Origin: Escherichia coli
GTDB lineage: Bacteria > Pseudomonadota > Gammaproteobacteria > Enterobacterales > Enterobacteriaceae
DNA length: 64,000 nt
Reading direction: 5' to 3' (one strand)
NCBI RefSeq assembly: GCF_013122565.1
Contig: NZ_CP053258.1
Shown here: positions 61,982 to 64,000 of the stretch, one piece after another
How positions within the stretch are numbered: the stretch's first letter is position 1
Layout of the letters: the number at the start of each line of letters is the position of its first letter
Notes under the pieces: model-generated
What the model saw: the letters and a program-made list of their open reading frames with translations, nothing else
The model's database searches: none
What the model was told of the DNA's origin: nothing
Translations under genes and position numbers: made by a program

Positions 61982-62935
61982 GTGGATAGTAATAATCAAA
62001 TTGAACCCTGTTTAAGCAGAAAGTCGTCAGAAGGTAAACCACAAATATTTACAACCTTACGAAATATTGATCTTAACCTTCTGACTATTTTTGAAGCTGT
62101 ATATGTACATAAAGGGATCGTTAATGCAGCGAAAGTGCTTAATCTGACCCCCTCGGCAATCAGTCAGTCTATACAGAAACTGCGCGTTATATTCCCTGAC
62201 CCATTGTTTATTCGCAAAGGCCAGGGTGTTACTCCTACCGCATTTGCGATGCATCTACATGAGTATATCAGTCAGGGCCTTGAGTCCATTCTTGGCGCAC
62301 TGGATATCGAAGGAAGCTATGATAAGCAACGAACGATAACTATCGCGACCACCCCCTCGGTCGGAGCCCTGGTCCTTCCTGTCATCTATCGGGCGATTAA
62401 AACTCACTATCCGCAGCTTTTACTGCGCAACCCGCCCATCAGCGACGCGGAAAACCAACTCAGTCAGTTTCAAACTGATCTCATCATCGATAACATGTTT
62501 TGCACCAATCGAACGGTGCAACATCATGTTCTGTTCACCGACAATATGGTGTTAATTTGCCGCGAGGGAAATCCACTACTCTCTTTAGAAGATGACAGAG
62601 GGACTATCGACAACGCTGCGCATGTACTCCTGTTACCGGAAGGGCAAAATTTCAGCGGTCTACGGCAGAGAGTTCAAGAGATGTTTCCGGACCGGCAAAT
62701 CAGTTTCACCAGCTACAACATTTTGACAATCGCTGCACTGGTTGCCAACAGTGACATGTTAGCGATTATTCCCAGCCGTTTTTATAACCTGTTTCGCCGT
62801 TGCTGGCCGCTGGAAAAACTGCCTTTTCCGTCCTTAAATGAGGAGCAAATTGATTTCTCTATCCACTACAACAAATTCAGCCTGCGTGATCCCATCCTGC
62901 ACGGAGTAATAGATGTTATCCGTAATGCATTTTGA
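61982..62935 (+). CDS. ybeF: LysR-family transcriptional regulator YbeF
   Basis: 317 aa; N-terminal HTH and LysR substrate-binding domain; GTG start. Confidence 0.88.
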   Translation: MDSNNQIEPCLSRKSSEGKPQIFTTLRNIDLNLLTIFEAVYVHKGIVNAAKVLNLTPSAISQSIQKLRVIFPDPLFIRKGQGVTPTAFAMHLHEYISQGLESILGALDIEGSYDKQRTITIATTPSVGALVLPVIYRAIKTHYPQLLLRNPPISDAENQLSQFQTDLIIDNMFCTNRTVQHHVLFTDNMVLICREGNPLLSLEDDRGTIDNAAHVLLLPEGQNFSGLRQRVQEMFPDRQISFTSYNILTIAALVANSDMLAIIPSRFYNLFRRCWPLEKLPFPSLNEEQIDFSIHYNKFSLRDPILHGVIDVIRNAF

Positions 62936-63142
62936 AAAAGTATTGTTACAGCCAGATCACAGCGCAGAACGATAAAATGGCACAATCCAACAACAATTTT
63001 ACATTTTCGCGACCGCTTTGGCTGCTTTCAAGTCCGTTTCAATGATATACTGCCAGTCGTTAATTCAAAAATAGTTGATAATTACAACAATCTATTGAAT
63101 TGAAACGCTTTCCTTCGTAATTCGCAACTGGAACACGCACGC

Positions 63143-64000
63143 TATGAGTAAACCCATTGTGATGGAACGCGGTGTAAAATACCGCGATGCCGATAAGATG
63201 GCCCTTATCCCGGTTAAAAACGTGGCAACAGAGCGCGAAGCCCTGCTGCGCAAGCCGGAATGGATGAAAATCAAGCTTCCAGCGGACTCTACACGTATCC
63301 AGGGCATCAAAGCCGCAATGCGCAAAAATGGCCTGCATTCTGTCTGCGAGGAAGCCTCCTGCCCTAACCTGGCGGAATGCTTCAACCACGGCACAGCAAC
63401 GTTTATGATCCTCGGCGCTATTTGTACCCGCCGTTGTCCGTTCTGTGACGTTGCCCATGGTCGCCCGGTAGCTCCTGATGCCAATGAACCAGTGAAACTG
63501 GCGCAGACCATTGCCGATATGGCGCTGCGTTATGTGGTTATCACCTCCGTTGACCGTGATGACCTGCGCGATGGCGGTGCCCAGCACTTTGCGGATTGCA
63601 TTACTGCCATTCGGGAAAAAAGCCCGCAAATCAAAATTGAAACTCTGGTGCCGGATTTCCGTGGTCGTATGGATCGTGCTCTGGATATTCTGACTGCAAC
63701 GCCACCAGATGTGTTCAACCATAACCTGGAAAACGTACCGCGTATTTACCGTCAGGTACGGCCTGGTGCAGATTACAACTGGTCGCTGAAGCTGCTGGAA
63801 CGCTTTAAAGAAGCACATCCGGAAATCCCGACCAAGTCTGGTCTGATGGTGGGACTGGGTGAAACCAATGAAGAAATTATTGAGGTAATGCGCGACCTGC
63901 GCCGCCATGGTGTGACGATGTTAACGCTGGGGCAATATTTGCAGCCAAGCCGCCATCACCTGCCGGTTCAACGTTACGTTAGCCCGGATGAGTTCGACGA
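63143..64000 (+). CDS. lipA: Lipoyl synthase LipA, 3' end truncated by window edge
   Basis: ATG 63143 ([19 protein letters not shown]...); radical-SAM CxxxCxxC (CTRRCPFC); frame open to window end, so absent from the ORF track; the large minus-strand ORF 63060-63908 is its antisense shadow. Confidence 0.93.

Noticed and set aside
63060-63908. 282-aa minus-strand ORF
   Set aside because: Antisense to lipA, whose plus-strand frame is open to the window end and so missing from the ORF track.

Overview
This window is Escherichia coli-type core chromosome, collinear with the K-12 kdp-to-lipA interval in reverse orientation: kdpA(partial)BCDE, ybfG, ybfP, pgm, seqA, ybfF, ybfE, fldA, uof-fur, chiQ, chiP, glnS, nagE, nagBACD, asnB, the metT-leuW-glnU-glnW-metU-glnV-glnX tRNA operon, ubiF, miaB, ybeZ, ybeY, corC, lnt, gltIJKL, rihA, hscC, djlC, ybeU, ybeT, djlB, ybeR, ybeQ, ybeL, leuS, lptE, holA, nadD, cobC, rsfS, rlmH, mrdA, mrdB, rlpA, dacA, ybeD, lipB, ybeF and lipA(partial). 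The one clear accessory feature is a 1279-bp IS110-family element (IS621-like) at 26971..28249, inserted at a CT dinucleotide inside a REP element between the tRNA operon terminator and the 3' end of ubiF. Its 191-bp non-coding left end carries a structured RNA locus in which one loop holds a 10-nt copy of the flanking insertion site and a second loop holds an 8-nt copy of the element's own right terminus. That is the layout expected of a guide (bridge) RNA that lets the DEDD recombinase read both target and donor DNA; in addition the two element ends would form a sigma70 promoter only when joined in a circle. Other observations: the window lacks the speF-potE locus and the IS5 copy that I recall at these positions in K-12 (from memory, not verified), several unoccupied REP copies carry the same CT-core motif, and a tandemly duplicated J-domain/DUF1266/Sel1 module sits beside hscC. 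Gene names are assigned by recognising the proteins and their order; no database search was run.
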